NCBI GenBank assembly: GCA_000739515.1
Contig: DF820455.1
Span: 1,258,203 to 1,304,711, forward strand
Origin: Candidatus Moduliflexus flocculans
GTDB taxonomy: Bacteria; Moduliflexota; Moduliflexia; Moduliflexales; Moduliflexaceae
Reading direction: 5' to 3'
DNA: 46,509 nt
Of this stretch, positions 29,797-39,236 are shown one piece after another. The notes below the pieces were generated by a model. The model was not told the DNA's origin, did not search any database, and saw only the letters and a list, made by a program, of their open reading frames with translations. Within the stretch, counting starts at the first letter, position 1. Every line of letters begins with the position of its first letter. Made by a program: the position numbers and the translations under genes.

Positions 29797-29844
29797 TTCA
29801 TAATATGTTGTTTCATGATAATGTTGGAAAAGGTTTGAACATGT

Positions 29845-30942
29845 ATGCTGAGAATAGACGATCTGCATGACATCAAAGACGGTCAGCGCCTCCGTTGCGG
29901 CTACACGACCGGCAGTTGTGCCGCCGCTGCCGCCAAAGCTGCCGCGCTGATGCTGCGCGACGGCGCAATTCCTGAATTTGTCGAGTTGGAAACGCCCGCT
30001 GGAATTACGCTGAATTTGCGGGTCGAACAGCCGCGTCTTGAGGCGGATCGCGCTTCATGCTGCATCGTGAAAGACGCGGGCGATGACCCGGATGTGACGA
30101 ACGGCATCGGGATTTTTGCTAAGGTGAAACGCCGTTCTGACGGTGAAATCAGCATTGACGGCGGCGAAGGCATCGGACGCATCACGCGCAAGGGTTTCTG
30201 GGGCGAAGTCGGCGACGCGGCGATTAATCCCGTGCCGCGCAAGATGATTCGCGATGCGGTGCGTCAGGTGGCGGCTCATGGCTGGGACGTGTTGATTTTC
30301 GCGCCGCACGGGCGGGAAATTGCGCAGAAGACCTTCAACCCGAACCTCGGCATCGAAGACGGCATTTCGATTATCGGCACAACTGGCATCGTGCGGCCAA
30401 TGTCGGATGATGCGCTGAAAAAAACGATTTTTTTAGAAATTGATCAGATTGCCGAAACGAGCGCAGCGGAAATTCTGCTCTGCCTCGGCAATTACGGCGA
30501 AAAAATGTCGGTGGCGCTGCCGCGCCGGATGCCGATGGTGAAAATCGCCAATTTCATCGGCGAATCGCTGGCGTACTGTCATAGCAAAGGCTTCCAGCAG
30601 GTAACACTGTTCGGACATGTCGGCAAGCTCAGCAAGCTCGCCATCGGCGCGTTTAATACGCATAACCGCGTCTGCGACGCCCGAATCGAGGCATTCGTTT
30701 ATTATCTCGCCCTTGCCGGAGCGCCGTATGCGTTGCTGCAACAGGTCAACCAGTGTGTCACATCAGAAGATGCGGCGCAACTGCTGATTGATAGCGGCCA
30801 CCGGCAGCTATTCGCGGAGATGCAGCGCGGCTGCGTTGAACGAATTCAACGCTATGTCAAAGACGATGGTTTTATCGTTGACGTGATTTTTTACTCGCTG
30901 CGACATGGAATACTGGTTGACAATTCCCTGACATCTAACTAA
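29845..30942 (+). CDS. cbiD: Cobalt-precorrin-5B (C1)-methyltransferase CbiD.
   Basis: LRCGYTTGSCAAAAAKAAALML is a CbiD hallmark. Length 365 aa. Confidence 0.9.
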   Translation: MLRIDDLHDIKDGQRLRCGYTTGSCAAAAAKAAALMLRDGAIPEFVELETPAGITLNLRVEQPRLEADRASCCIVKDAGDDPDVTNGIGIFAKVKRRSDGEISIDGGEGIGRITRKGFWGEVGDAAINPVPRKMIRDAVRQVAAHGWDVLIFAPHGREIAQKTFNPNLGIEDGISIIGTTGIVRPMSDDALKKTIFLEIDQIAETSAAEILLCLGNYGEKMSVALPRRMPMVKIANFIGESLAYCHSKGFQQVTLFGHVGKLSKLAIGAFNTHNRVCDARIEAFVYYLALAGAPYALLQQVNQCVTSEDAAQLLIDSGHRQLFAEMQRGCVERIQRYVKDDGFIVDVIFYSLRHGILVDNSLTSN

Positions 30943-31144
30943 TTTGGTTTTTGTCATAAGATATTACTGATCCAGTCATTTTCAGGAGTGCAAACGCGTG
31001 CTTGCCGCATGAAGTCGTCACGTCTTTCCCTGACGTTATCAGACCGCAAAAGCAGTCACAGTACCATCCCTCGAAACCGTCGAACAGGAACTTGCGAAGG
31101 TATCGGCGAAATGATTTGCGGAAATCTGCGGTTGACGCATTGTT

Positions 31145-31747
31145 ATGTTATCACTGATCGGCATGGGGCCGGGGCATATTGATTACGTGACGCCAGAAGC
31201 GGCGGCGGCGATTCGACGCGCTGACATCGTCTTAGCGTTCGACCGCGTGGCGGAAACTGCCGAATTGATCAGAACGCCGATTGTGCGGATTCGACGGCTG
31301 GATGACATCTTTGCGCATCTCGCGCCGGAACGCGATGTCGCGTTGCTGGTGTCCGGCGATCCCGGCTTTTTCAGCATGTTGGAATATCTCCACGCGCAAC
31401 GCGTCGAAATCGGGCGCGTGATTCCGGGCATTTCGTCGCTGCAATATTTTATGGCGGCGCTGCGCAAAAGCTGGCACGGCGTGACCTGCCTGAGTTTGCA
31501 CGGCAGAGACGACGATTTGGCGGCGCTGAAGGATGTTCGCATCGCGGCGATGTTGACGGATAAAATCAATACGCCGCAACATATTTCAAAACGCCTGCAT
31601 CAATTGGCATGGCGAGGCCGCCTGTATGTCGGCTCGCATCTCTCCTATCCGAACGAACGGATTCTCGCGGCGCGAATCGGCGACGAGATTGACGACGACG
31701 GCTCGCTTTCGATTGTGGTGGTGGAACGGGATGAAATGGCTTCGTGA
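31145..31747 (+). CDS. cbiE: Cobalt-precorrin-7 (C5)-methyltransferase CbiE.
   Basis: N-terminus LIGMGPGHIDYVTPEAAAAIRRADIV matches the tetrapyrrole methylase fold. It is adjacent to and overlaps cbiT. Confidence 0.8.
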   Translation: MLSLIGMGPGHIDYVTPEAAAAIRRADIVLAFDRVAETAELIRTPIVRIRRLDDIFAHLAPERDVALLVSGDPGFFSMLEYLHAQRVEIGRVIPGISSLQYFMAALRKSWHGVTCLSLHGRDDDLAALKDVRIAAMLTDKINTPQHISKRLHQLAWRGRLYVGSHLSYPNERILAARIGDEIDDDGSLSIVVVERDEMAS

Positions 31748-32306
31748 TGACGAATTCGAGCGCGGCGAGATTCCGATGACAAAATTTGAGGCGCGTGTCC
31801 TCTCCCTTGCGTTGTCAGGCATCGGCGCGGGCGATCTGTTTGTGGATATCGGCGCCGGCACTGGATCAATTGCGGTACAAGCGGCGCTGCTTGGCGCGGA
31901 CGTGTACGCCATCGAACGTGAGGCGGCAGGTGTGGCGCTGATTCAGAAAAATGCTGATAAATTCGGCGTTCGCATTCAAGTTTTGCATGGCTCTGCGCCA
32001 GAACAACTTGCCGAAATTCAGAATATAGACGCCTGTTTTATCGGCGGGAGTGGCGGCCAATTGCCGCAAATTGTTCGCGAAGCGCATCGTCGCCTGCGTC
32101 CCGGCGGGCGCATTGTCGCGAATTTTATCCGACCGGACACGATGACGCAATTCACGCAATTATTGAAAGAATGCGCCTGCGTCAACGTCGAAACCCGTCT
32201 GCTGCAAACGGCTGTCAGCGATTCATTCGGCATGTTGCGCGGGCAGAATCCGATCTTTTTAGTCAGTGGAATCAAATGTAGGGGCGAACCCCTGTGTTCG
32301 CCCTAA
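31731..32306 (+). CDS. cbiT: Cobalt-precorrin-6B C15-methyltransferase (decarboxylating) CbiT.
   Basis: MTKFEARVLSLALSGIGAGDLFVDIGAGTGSIAVQAALLGADVYAIERE carries a SAM-binding GxGxG. The ATG at 31731 overlaps the cbiE end by 17 nt. Confidence 0.85.
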   Translation: MKWLRDDEFERGEIPMTKFEARVLSLALSGIGAGDLFVDIGAGTGSIAVQAALLGADVYAIEREAAGVALIQKNADKFGVRIQVLHGSAPEQLAEIQNIDACFIGGSGGQLPQIVREAHRRLRPGGRIVANFIRPDTMTQFTQLLKECACVNVETRLLQTAVSDSFGMLRGQNPIFLVSGIKCRGEPLCSP

Positions 32307-32325
32307 AAACAACGACCGGATAACA

Positions 32326-32358
32326 CCTCACAGGTTTTGAAAACCTGTGAGGTTTGTA
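32326..32358 (+). terminator. Family-1 hairpin copy (CCTCACAGGTTTTGAAAACCTGTGAGG + TTTGTATG) located inside the cbi operon between cbiT and cbiL.
   Basis: Perfect 10-bp stems. It ends 10 nt before the cbiL start codon. Confidence 0.55.
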
Positions 32359-32368
32359 TGAGATATTT

Positions 32369-33034
32369 ATGAAAACATTGTATGGCGTCGGGGTCGGCCC
32401 CGGCGACCCGGAACTGGTCACGCTGAAAGCGATCCGCGTCATTCGCGAGGCCGATTACATCTTTGTGCCGCGCCCGAAAAAAGAGTCTGAAGGCATGGCG
32501 GAAGCGATTGTGGCGGAACATCTGGCCGGAAAGCAGGTCGTATATCTGCATCTGCCGATGGGCGCGGATAATTCGGAACGCTACCGGGAAATTGCGAGCG
32601 AGATTGACGCGACGCTGCGCGATGACGAAAACGGCGCATTCATTACGATCGGCGATCCGATGGTCTATAGCACATTTGCGTATCTCATGTTCGCGGCGCA
32701 GACGCTCGGCATTCGGACGCGTATCGTGCCGGGCATTCCCTCATTTGTGGCAGCTTCCGCCGCGCTTGGTGAGCCGCTTGCGATTCGCGACGACAGCTTT
32801 TATCTCGCCGATGGCAGCGTTGACGAGGAAATTTTGCGGCGTGTGCAAACAGTCTGTGTGTTGAAACCGCGAAAAGAGTTGGCACACACCCTTGACAAAT
32901 TCGAACAATACGGCTTCGACTATGCGTATCTGAAACGCTGCTCGCTGCCAGAAGAAGAAATTATTCGCGACCGTGACCGCATCGCGCAGGATCGCGACTA
33001 CATGACGCTGTTGTTTGCCAGAAAAAAAGAATAG
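32369..33034 (+). CDS. cbiL: Cobalt-precorrin-2 C20-methyltransferase CbiL.
   Basis: MKTLYGVGVGPGDPELVTLKAIRVIREADYIFVP. Confidence 0.85.
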   Translation: MKTLYGVGVGPGDPELVTLKAIRVIREADYIFVPRPKKESEGMAEAIVAEHLAGKQVVYLHLPMGADNSERYREIASEIDATLRDDENGAFITIGDPMVYSTFAYLMFAAQTLGIRTRIVPGIPSFVAASAALGEPLAIRDDSFYLADGSVDEEILRRVQTVCVLKPRKELAHTLDKFEQYGFDYAYLKRCSLPEEEIIRDRDRIAQDRDYMTLLFARKKE

Positions 33035-33042
33035 AATTCATA

Positions 33043-33080
33043 TAGGGTGCAAAAGCAAGCTTTTGCACTCCTATTTTTCT
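33043..33080 (+). terminator. Family-5 perfect palindrome GGAGTGCAAAAGC-AA-GCTTTTGCACTCC followed by TATTTTTCT, between cbiL and cbiF.
   Basis: 13-bp perfect arms plus a T-run. Other copies at 33841-33891 (tandem/extended), 30983-31011 (degenerate) and 29527-29552 (degenerate). Confidence 0.6.
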
Positions 33081-33083
33081 CGG

Positions 33084-33833
33084 ATGATTTATTTTGTCGG
33101 CGCAGGGCCGGGAGACGTAGATTTGATCACGGTGAAAGGCCGCCGTTTATTAGAAACGGCGGATGTCGTCATTTACGCCGGGTCGTTGGTCTGGGACGCG
33201 CATCTGCGCTTTTGCAAGCCAGAATGCGAGCGCTACGACAGCGCGGGCATGACGCTGGAAGCGGTGCTTGACATCATGGCGCAAGCCGAAGCCGCCGGGA
33301 GAATGACCGTCCGGCTGCATACCGGCGATCCGACGATTTACGGCGCAATCGGCGAGCAGATGGCGGCGTTGGATCAACGCGGCATCTTATATGACATTGT
33401 GCCGGGTGTCAGTTCCTTTACCGCCAGTTGCGCTGCCGTGAAGCGGGAATTCACCGTGCCGAATGTCAGCCAAACTATCATCGTGACGCGCCTCGAAGGC
33501 CGCACGCCCGTTCCGCCTTTGGAATCATTAGAATCGCTCGCCGCGCATCGCTGCTCGTTGGCAATTTTTTTGTCGGTGCAAGATATTGAAAATGTCGTCG
33601 TCAAACTCAAAAGCGGCTACGGGCGCGACGACGTGCCGGTAGCGGTCATCTATAAAGCAACCTGGCCGGAGCAGCAGATTGTGCGCGGCACGCTCGCTGA
33701 CATTGCCGAACACGTCCGCGCCGCCGGAATCAAAAATTTTGCGCAGATTCTCGTCGGCGATTTTTTGAACGCCCACGGCGAACGCTCGCTGCTGTATCAC
33801 CCCGACTTTTCGCATGGATTCAGACAGAATTAA
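33084..33833 (+). CDS. cbiF: Cobalt-precorrin-4 C11-methyltransferase CbiF.
   Basis: MIYFVGAGPGDVDLITVKGRRLLETADVVIYAGSLV is the canonical CbiF/CobM N-terminus. Confidence 0.9.
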   Translation: MIYFVGAGPGDVDLITVKGRRLLETADVVIYAGSLVWDAHLRFCKPECERYDSAGMTLEAVLDIMAQAEAAGRMTVRLHTGDPTIYGAIGEQMAALDQRGILYDIVPGVSSFTASCAAVKREFTVPNVSQTIIVTRLEGRTPVPPLESLESLAAHRCSLAIFLSVQDIENVVVKLKSGYGRDDVPVAVIYKATWPEQQIVRGTLADIAEHVRAAGIKNFAQILVGDFLNAHGERSLLYHPDFSHGFRQN

Positions 33834-33840
33834 TGCTTTC

Positions 33841-33891
33841 CAGGAGTGCAAAAGCTTGCTTTTGCGGCAAAAGCAAGCTTTTGCACTCCTG
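33841..33891. repeat. Family-5 palindrome in extended/tandem form (CAGGAGTGCAAAAGCTTGCTTTTGC-GGC-AAAAGCAAGCTTTTGCACTCCTG), between cbiF and cbiG.
   Basis: A 51-bp near-perfect palindrome read directly. Confidence 0.6.
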
Positions 33892-33899
33892 ATGCGACA

Positions 33900-34865
33900 A
33901 TGAATATTGCGTGTTTGACATTCACCCATCGCGGATTTGAATTAGCGGAACGCTTGCAAGGCTCGTATCAAGGGCGCGTGGAAGTGTTTGCCAAGGAAAC
34001 CTATAAAGATGAACTTCCGCGCATTTTCGAGGAATTTGAGGGCGTCGTGTTCGTGGCCTCCACCGGCATCGCGGTGCGGCTCTCTGCGCCATTTCTCAAG
34101 GGAAAAACCAAAGACCCGGCGATTGTCGTCGTGGATGATATGGGACGATACGCCATCAGCCTCGTTTCCGGTCATCTCGGCGGCGCGAATGCGTTGGCGC
34201 AGGAAATCGCGGAATTGCTCGACTGCCAGCCGATTATCACGACTGCTTCCGATGCGCGAAAAATCGAATCTATTGACCTGTTTGCGCAAAAGCATCATTT
34301 AGTCATCGCAGACATGCTGGACGCCAAGCTGATTACTGGCATGATGGTGGACGGCAGGCCGATCCGCCTTGACAGCGAAATTCCGGTGACGCTCGATTAT
34401 ACGCATCTCTCCGACGATGAATACGATGGGTGCATTTACGTGACATCGCAGCGCCATGTGGAAAGTAATGTGCCATGTTGCGTATTGCATCCGAAAACGC
34501 TCCATGTCGGGCTTGGCTGCCGCCGCGGCAAAACGGCGAAAGAGATTATGGACGCCATTACGCAGGTGTTTCAGGAAGAAAATCTCTGCCTCAGCAGCAT
34601 TCGCTCGATTGCCACGACCGAAATCAAGCAGGAAGAGCCGGGCATTCTCGAAGCCGTCAATCGGCTCGGCGCGGAACTCCGCATCTTCACACATTCGCAG
34701 ATTCGCAGCGTGCAAGACCGTTTTGTCAGAAGCGAATTTGTCGAACGCACGATTGGCGTCAGCGCTGTCAGCGAGCCGTGTGCCTATCTCGCAGGCGGCG
34801 ACGTGATTGTCGGCAAAATCGCGATGCACGGCGTCACAGTGGCCGTTGCGAGGGAAACGCCATGA
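33900..34865 (+). CDS. cbiG: Cobalt-precorrin-5A hydrolase CbiG.
   Basis: MNIACLTFTHRGFELAERL... together with the C-terminal CbiG domain. The ATG at 33900 follows the palindrome. The ORF-track start at 33846 lies inside the palindrome and is unlikely. Confidence 0.8.
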   Translation: MNIACLTFTHRGFELAERLQGSYQGRVEVFAKETYKDELPRIFEEFEGVVFVASTGIAVRLSAPFLKGKTKDPAIVVVDDMGRYAISLVSGHLGGANALAQEIAELLDCQPIITTASDARKIESIDLFAQKHHLVIADMLDAKLITGMMVDGRPIRLDSEIPVTLDYTHLSDDEYDGCIYVTSQRHVESNVPCCVLHPKTLHVGLGCRRGKTAKEIMDAITQVFQEENLCLSSIRSIATTEIKQEEPGILEAVNRLGAELRIFTHSQIRSVQDRFVRSEFVERTIGVSAVSEPCAYLAGGDVIVGKIAMHGVTVAVARETP

Positions 34866-35449
34866 CGATTTACACGAAAACCGGAGATGACGGCACAACC
34901 AGCGTCATCGGCGGGCGACTGCCGAAAGACGACGCGCGGGTCGAGGCGTATGGCGCGATTGACGAACTGAATTCGCAGATCGGGCTGGCAATTGCCGAAC
35001 TTGACGCAGGGCGAGACGCCGATTTATTGGCGGATTTGACGGAAATTCAGCAACAGCTATTCGATTGCTGTTCCGATTTGGCGACGCTGCGCCCGGAATT
35101 GCGGGCATATCGCATCACGCCGGAACACGCCGAGCGCCTCGAGCCGCGTATTGACCACTACAACGCGCAAACCATCCCTCTCGAATATTTTATCCTGCCC
35201 GGCGGCGCGCGGTTGTCGGCGTTGCTGCATGTTTGCCGCACGGTGGCGCGACGAGCGGAACGGTGCGTTATTACGCTGGAACGCGAAGCGCAAACCGTGA
35301 ACCCTGCCGTCAAAATTTACCTGAATCGCCTCTCTGATCTCTGTTTCGTAATGGCGCGAGCGGCGAATGCGCGGGCAGGCGTGGCGGATGTCTGCTATGC
35401 GCGGAGCAAAAAGATTTTTAAATGCAAGTCGCCAATCATCACCACGTGA
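34862..35449 (+). CDS. PduO-type ATP:cob(I)alamin adenosyltransferase.
   Basis: MTIYTKTGDDGTTSVIGGRLPKDDARVEAYGAIDELNSQIGLA is the canonical PduO-type N-terminus. The start overlaps the cbiG stop (ATGA). Confidence 0.85.
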   Translation: MTIYTKTGDDGTTSVIGGRLPKDDARVEAYGAIDELNSQIGLAIAELDAGRDADLLADLTEIQQQLFDCCSDLATLRPELRAYRITPEHAERLEPRIDHYNAQTIPLEYFILPGGARLSALLHVCRTVARRAERCVITLEREAQTVNPAVKIYLNRLSDLCFVMARAANARAGVADVCYARSKKIFKCKSPIITT

Positions 35450-35695
35450 TCAACCTCAGATTTCACAGAGAAAAAAACCTGCGGCCTCTGCGAAATCTCT
35501 GGTTTCATCGTTCTGAAGAATCGCCGATCATCGCGATTGTGTTTCTTGACTTCTTTCGAAAAAAATATTTGACTTTCTTTTGAAGGCTTCATGGAGTGCA
35601 TAGTCAGAAGCATCATGATTCTCATGATGCGCTGATTGAACATTCCGATGGAAATGGGCTGTCACGCAGTGTTCGAACTGCCTGGCCGCTTAAAC

Positions 35696-38509
35696 ATGCT
35701 TATGAAAAAGTCGTTCATGATTCTCTGGTTGCTGATTGGAACGTTATTCCTCGCCGGTTGTCCCAATCATTATCAAAAGGGAATGACCTATATCGAACAG
35801 GGACAAACTGATTTAGCCATCCAAGAACTCCTCACCGCTCTGCAAAAAGAGCCGAATAACCCTGATATTTATTATCAATTAGGGCAGCTTTATATTCGAC
35901 AGGAAGCGTATCGCAAGGCGCAGGAGATGTTTCAGGCGGTTGTTGATCGTTTTCCGACGTATGCGAATCGCGACGGCGCGTTATATTATCTCGGACTGTG
36001 CCATTTTCAATTCCGCGAATACCCGCTCGCGATGAACGCTTTGGCTGAGGTTGGAATGAAATTTCCAGCCAGTCAGTTCGGCGAGTCCGCGCAGTTCTAT
36101 TATGCGGAAAGCGCCTGGTTTGCTGAGGATGTCGGCAAGGCGACCGGTTCTTATCAAGAACTGTTGCGTCGCTTCCCGACCGGATCATTCTATCCGGTCG
36201 GCTTGTTCCGGCTTGGAGAGTGCCAGTTGACGCTTGGCAATCATGCCGAGGCAGCGGACGCATTCAAAAAATTTCTGGCTGCCGCCGACACCTGGAATGC
36301 CAATGCGATTCAGGGGCGATACGACCTGAATCAATTGATCGAACGCGCCTATTATGCGTTAGGCAAGAGTTTTACTGCCTTGAAAGAACCGGCCAAAGCC
36401 ATCGGTTATTATCGCGATCTGCTGAGTAAATTTCCCAAAAGCGGGTATGCGCCAGAAGTCTTTTATCGCCTCGGCATTGCCTATGAAAGCGTGGGAAATC
36501 AGCAGCAAGCCGTTGATACCTTCCGCACGCTCTTAAAAGATTTTTCCGCCTCGGAATTTGCGGATGACGCTTTATTCCGCCAGGGAAGCGTACAGTTCAG
36601 CGGTCAACAGTATGACGCGGCGCTGGCCTCACTTACGGAATTAATCACCACGTTTCCGAATAGTCCAAACGTGCCGCGAGCGCAGATTATGATCGGCAAT
36701 GTCTTGATGCTGAAAAATGATCCGCTGAAGGCTGCTGACGCCTACGAACAGGCGCTCTCCTATGCGCCGCAGCCGATTGAAATCGGCAGCATTAAAATTG
36801 AGCGCGCGGAAGCCGTTGCGGCGTTACGGCGTCAGATCAGGCTTTCAGCGGCGATTGCGCATTATCAGGCTGATGATTTCGCGAAAGCCGCAGCATTGCT
36901 GGCAGAAATTCCCGCTGAAGAACGCACGACTGAAGAGCATTTTTGGAATGGGGAAATCGCATTTCGCCTGCAAGATTATGCGCAGGCTCGCAGCGATTTT
37001 AATCGCGTGCTGACAAGCCAGGATGCCAAAGATTTGGCGCCGCAGGCGCATTTAGGCATCTTGAAAATTTTATACGCCCAGGAACAATGGCAGGAGGTTT
37101 TGCAGCGTGCGCAAGAGATTCCGCGCGAGCGCCTGACGCCAGAAGTGTTTTTGCTTGCGGGGGATGCGGCGCTGAATCTCAAAGATTTTCCCTCTGCAAT
37201 CACATGGTATGAAGACATTCGCAATCGCTATCCACAACATCCGATGGCGCAAGACATCCTCTATTACGCGGGAATCGCCGCGTACAAATTAGAGAAATTC
37301 GACCAGGCTCGAAAATATTTCAACGATTTGATCCAGCAATATCCTGGACATCGTTTTGCTGGCGAAGCGCAGTTTTATCTCGGCTGGACATTTTTCCGCG
37401 ACGATAATTATGAACAGGCGATTCGCGCGTTTCAACTGCTGATCGAGCGTTTTCCTCAAAGCGAGTTTGTCGTGCAGGCCAGATTAAAAATCGCGGACTG
37501 TTATTTTAACATGGGGCGATATGCCGAATCGCTGCAAGAATATCAACGGATCATGAATGATTACCAGAATAAGCCGGAAATTGTCGGCGAAGCGCAGTAC
37601 GGCATGGCGTTGGTGTATAAAGTGACGGGAGAATACAACCAATATCTCGCTGCCACGCGAGAATTTATCGAGAAAAACCCCAACAGCCCGCTCAGCATCG
37701 CCGCGCAGTTTCAAATTGGCGAACAATATTTTCAGCAAGATGATTACCTGAACGCTATCAATGCCTACCAATGGATTGTGGAGCGTTTTCCCGATAGCGA
37801 GTACGCGGATAACGCGCTCTATCGAATCGGGCAATCCTATGCGCAGCAGAATGATGTGACGGCGGCGTTAGAATATTTTCACAGCCTGATGAATCGCTAC
37901 CCGAAAAGCGAATATCGCCCGACCACACAATATGAGATTGCGGCGCTGTATTTTCACGCAAAAGATTTTGCGAATGCTGCGGCTGAATACCAGACATTCT
38001 TGCAAAGCTTTCCAGCTGATACCAACGTGCCGCAAGCGATGGCTGATTATGGAACATGTCTGATCGCGCTGAACAAGATGCCGGAAGCGTCGAAAGTCTT
38101 CGAGCAATTGCTTCAGCGTTTCCCCACAAGCCCGCAAGCCGAAGGCGCAGGCGTTGTCGTTGGAGAAGCGTATGCCAGCCAGCAACGCTGCGAAGATGCG
38201 GAAGAGGCGTTCGGCGCGGTGTTAAGCGGCTCAGATCAAGGGAAAGCGGCGAAAGCGCAATTGACGATTGCCTCTTGTTATCAGGCGCAGGGCAATGCCG
38301 AAAAAGCGATTGCCGAATATTTTAAAGTGATTTATGTGCATTCCAGCCAGAAAGCCGAAGTGGATCAGGCCACATTCGCGTCGGCAGGCATTTATGAACA
38401 GCAGGGCAAAATAGACGAAGCCCGTAACTTGTATAAAAAACTCGCGGAGACATCTTCCAATCAGGAATTTGTGCAACAAGCGAGACAGAAATTGCAGGAA
38501 TTGCAGTAA
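35696..38509 (+). CDS. Large TPR-repeat lipoprotein, about 935 aa, with tandem TPR/YbgF-like repeats throughout.
   Basis: Lipobox LFLAGC. Many repeats of the pattern A...Y.LG.......Y..A...F...P.S.....A. Confidence 0.75.
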   Translation: MLMKKSFMILWLLIGTLFLAGCPNHYQKGMTYIEQGQTDLAIQELLTALQKEPNNPDIYYQLGQLYIRQEAYRKAQEMFQAVVDRFPTYANRDGALYYLGLCHFQFREYPLAMNALAEVGMKFPASQFGESAQFYYAESAWFAEDVGKATGSYQELLRRFPTGSFYPVGLFRLGECQLTLGNHAEAADAFKKFLAAADTWNANAIQGRYDLNQLIERAYYALGKSFTALKEPAKAIGYYRDLLSKFPKSGYAPEVFYRLGIAYESVGNQQQAVDTFRTLLKDFSASEFADDALFRQGSVQFSGQQYDAALASLTELITTFPNSPNVPRAQIMIGNVLMLKNDPLKAADAYEQALSYAPQPIEIGSIKIERAEAVAALRRQIRLSAAIAHYQADDFAKAAALLAEIPAEERTTEEHFWNGEIAFRLQDYAQARSDFNRVLTSQDAKDLAPQAHLGILKILYAQEQWQEVLQRAQEIPRERLTPEVFLLAGDAALNLKDFPSAITWYEDIRNRYPQHPMAQDILYYAGIAAYKLEKFDQARKYFNDLIQQYPGHRFAGEAQFYLGWTFFRDDNYEQAIRAFQLLIERFPQSEFVVQARLKIADCYFNMGRYAESLQEYQRIMNDYQNKPEIVGEAQYGMALVYKVTGEYNQYLAATREFIEKNPNSPLSIAAQFQIGEQYFQQDDYLNAINAYQWIVERFPDSEYADNALYRIGQSYAQQNDVTAALEYFHSLMNRYPKSEYRPTTQYEIAALYFHAKDFANAAAEYQTFLQSFPADTNVPQAMADYGTCLIALNKMPEASKVFEQLLQRFPTSPQAEGAGVVVGEAYASQQRCEDAEEAFGAVLSGSDQGKAAKAQLTIASCYQAQGNAEKAIAEYFKVIYVHSSQKAEVDQATFASAGIYEQQGKIDEARNLYKKLAETSSNQEFVQQARQKLQELQ

Positions 38510-38515
38510 CAACAG

Positions 38516-38605
38516 AGAGAACGCGGATGATGCGGAGCGCGCGGATTCTCGCGGAAACACAACGCCATCTGTGAAAATCCGCGCCATGCGCGTTATGCGC
38601 GTTCT
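38516..38605. terminator. Family-4 long hairpin (GAGAACGCGGATGATGCGGAGCGCGCGGATTCTC ... GAAAATCCGCGCCATGCGCGTTATGCGCGTTCTC).
   Basis: Imperfect inverted repeat of about 34 bp. It shares the GAGAACGCGGATGA/TCATCCGCGTTCTC termini with the copy at 13536. Confidence 0.55.
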
Positions 38606-38617
38606 CTCTCCGATTGT

Positions 38618-39202
38618 ATGAAACATCAATGGCATTTTTTATGGCTTTTTGTCGGCGCATGCTGCCTGTTCCCGGCTAATCGCGCCGTATCTCAGGACAC
38701 TCAGCCAGAAACGCTTCGATTGCCGGAAGTTGTGATCATCGGCATTGACGAATCGAAAATTCAGCGTCCGATTCCAAAAGTTGAATTGCTTCCCGCGTCG
38801 CTTCCGGTGATGACAACGTCGTGTTTGGATGAGGCGGATGCGTTGGCGTGGCAGGCGGCGTTGGTGGCGCTGCTTCAGCCGCGCAAGGCGGAAAAATTGT
38901 ATCAACAGGCGATTGCGCTTGATCCGGAAGATACAGACGCCTATGCGCGTTTGGGAAAAACATATCAGGCGTCCGGCATGTACGAACGCGCGAAAGATGC
39001 CTATCTCAAGGCCATCGAACGCGATAGCGGCGTCAGCGACATGCATTATGCGTTAGGCATTTTGTATGACAGCCATTTGCGTGAGCCGCAAAAAGCGCTT
39101 GAACAGTATCGTGTCTATCTTGAGCATGGCGGCGCGGATGCGCGGGTGAAATTCTGGATGCGGGAACTTGAGGAGAAATTGCAATCGCCGACAACTCCGT
39201 AG
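38618..39202 (+). CDS. Secreted TPR-repeat protein.
   Basis: Signal peptide. TPR-like repeats (YQQAIALDPEDTDAYARLGKTY..., YLKAIERDSGVSDMHYALGILY). Confidence 0.65.
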   Translation: MKHQWHFLWLFVGACCLFPANRAVSQDTQPETLRLPEVVIIGIDESKIQRPIPKVELLPASLPVMTTSCLDEADALAWQAALVALLQPRKAEKLYQQAIALDPEDTDAYARLGKTYQASGMYERAKDAYLKAIERDSGVSDMHYALGILYDSHLREPQKALEQYRVYLEHGGADARVKFWMRELEEKLQSPTTP

Positions 39203-39226
39203 AGACGCACGGCTGTGCGTCTCTAC
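39199..39226. terminator. Family-3 hairpin GTAGAGACGCAC-GGCT-GTGCGTCTCTAC, between convergent genes.
   Basis: 12-bp perfect stem. A second copy lies at 41967-42000. Confidence 0.6.
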
Positions 39227-39236
39227 GTTGCGGGGA

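Noticed and set aside
31626-31730. Longer cbiT start at 31626 as given in the ORF track.
   Set aside because: It would overlap 120 nt of cbiE and add a non-conserved N-terminal extension. ATG 31731 gives the canonical CbiT length and N-terminus.
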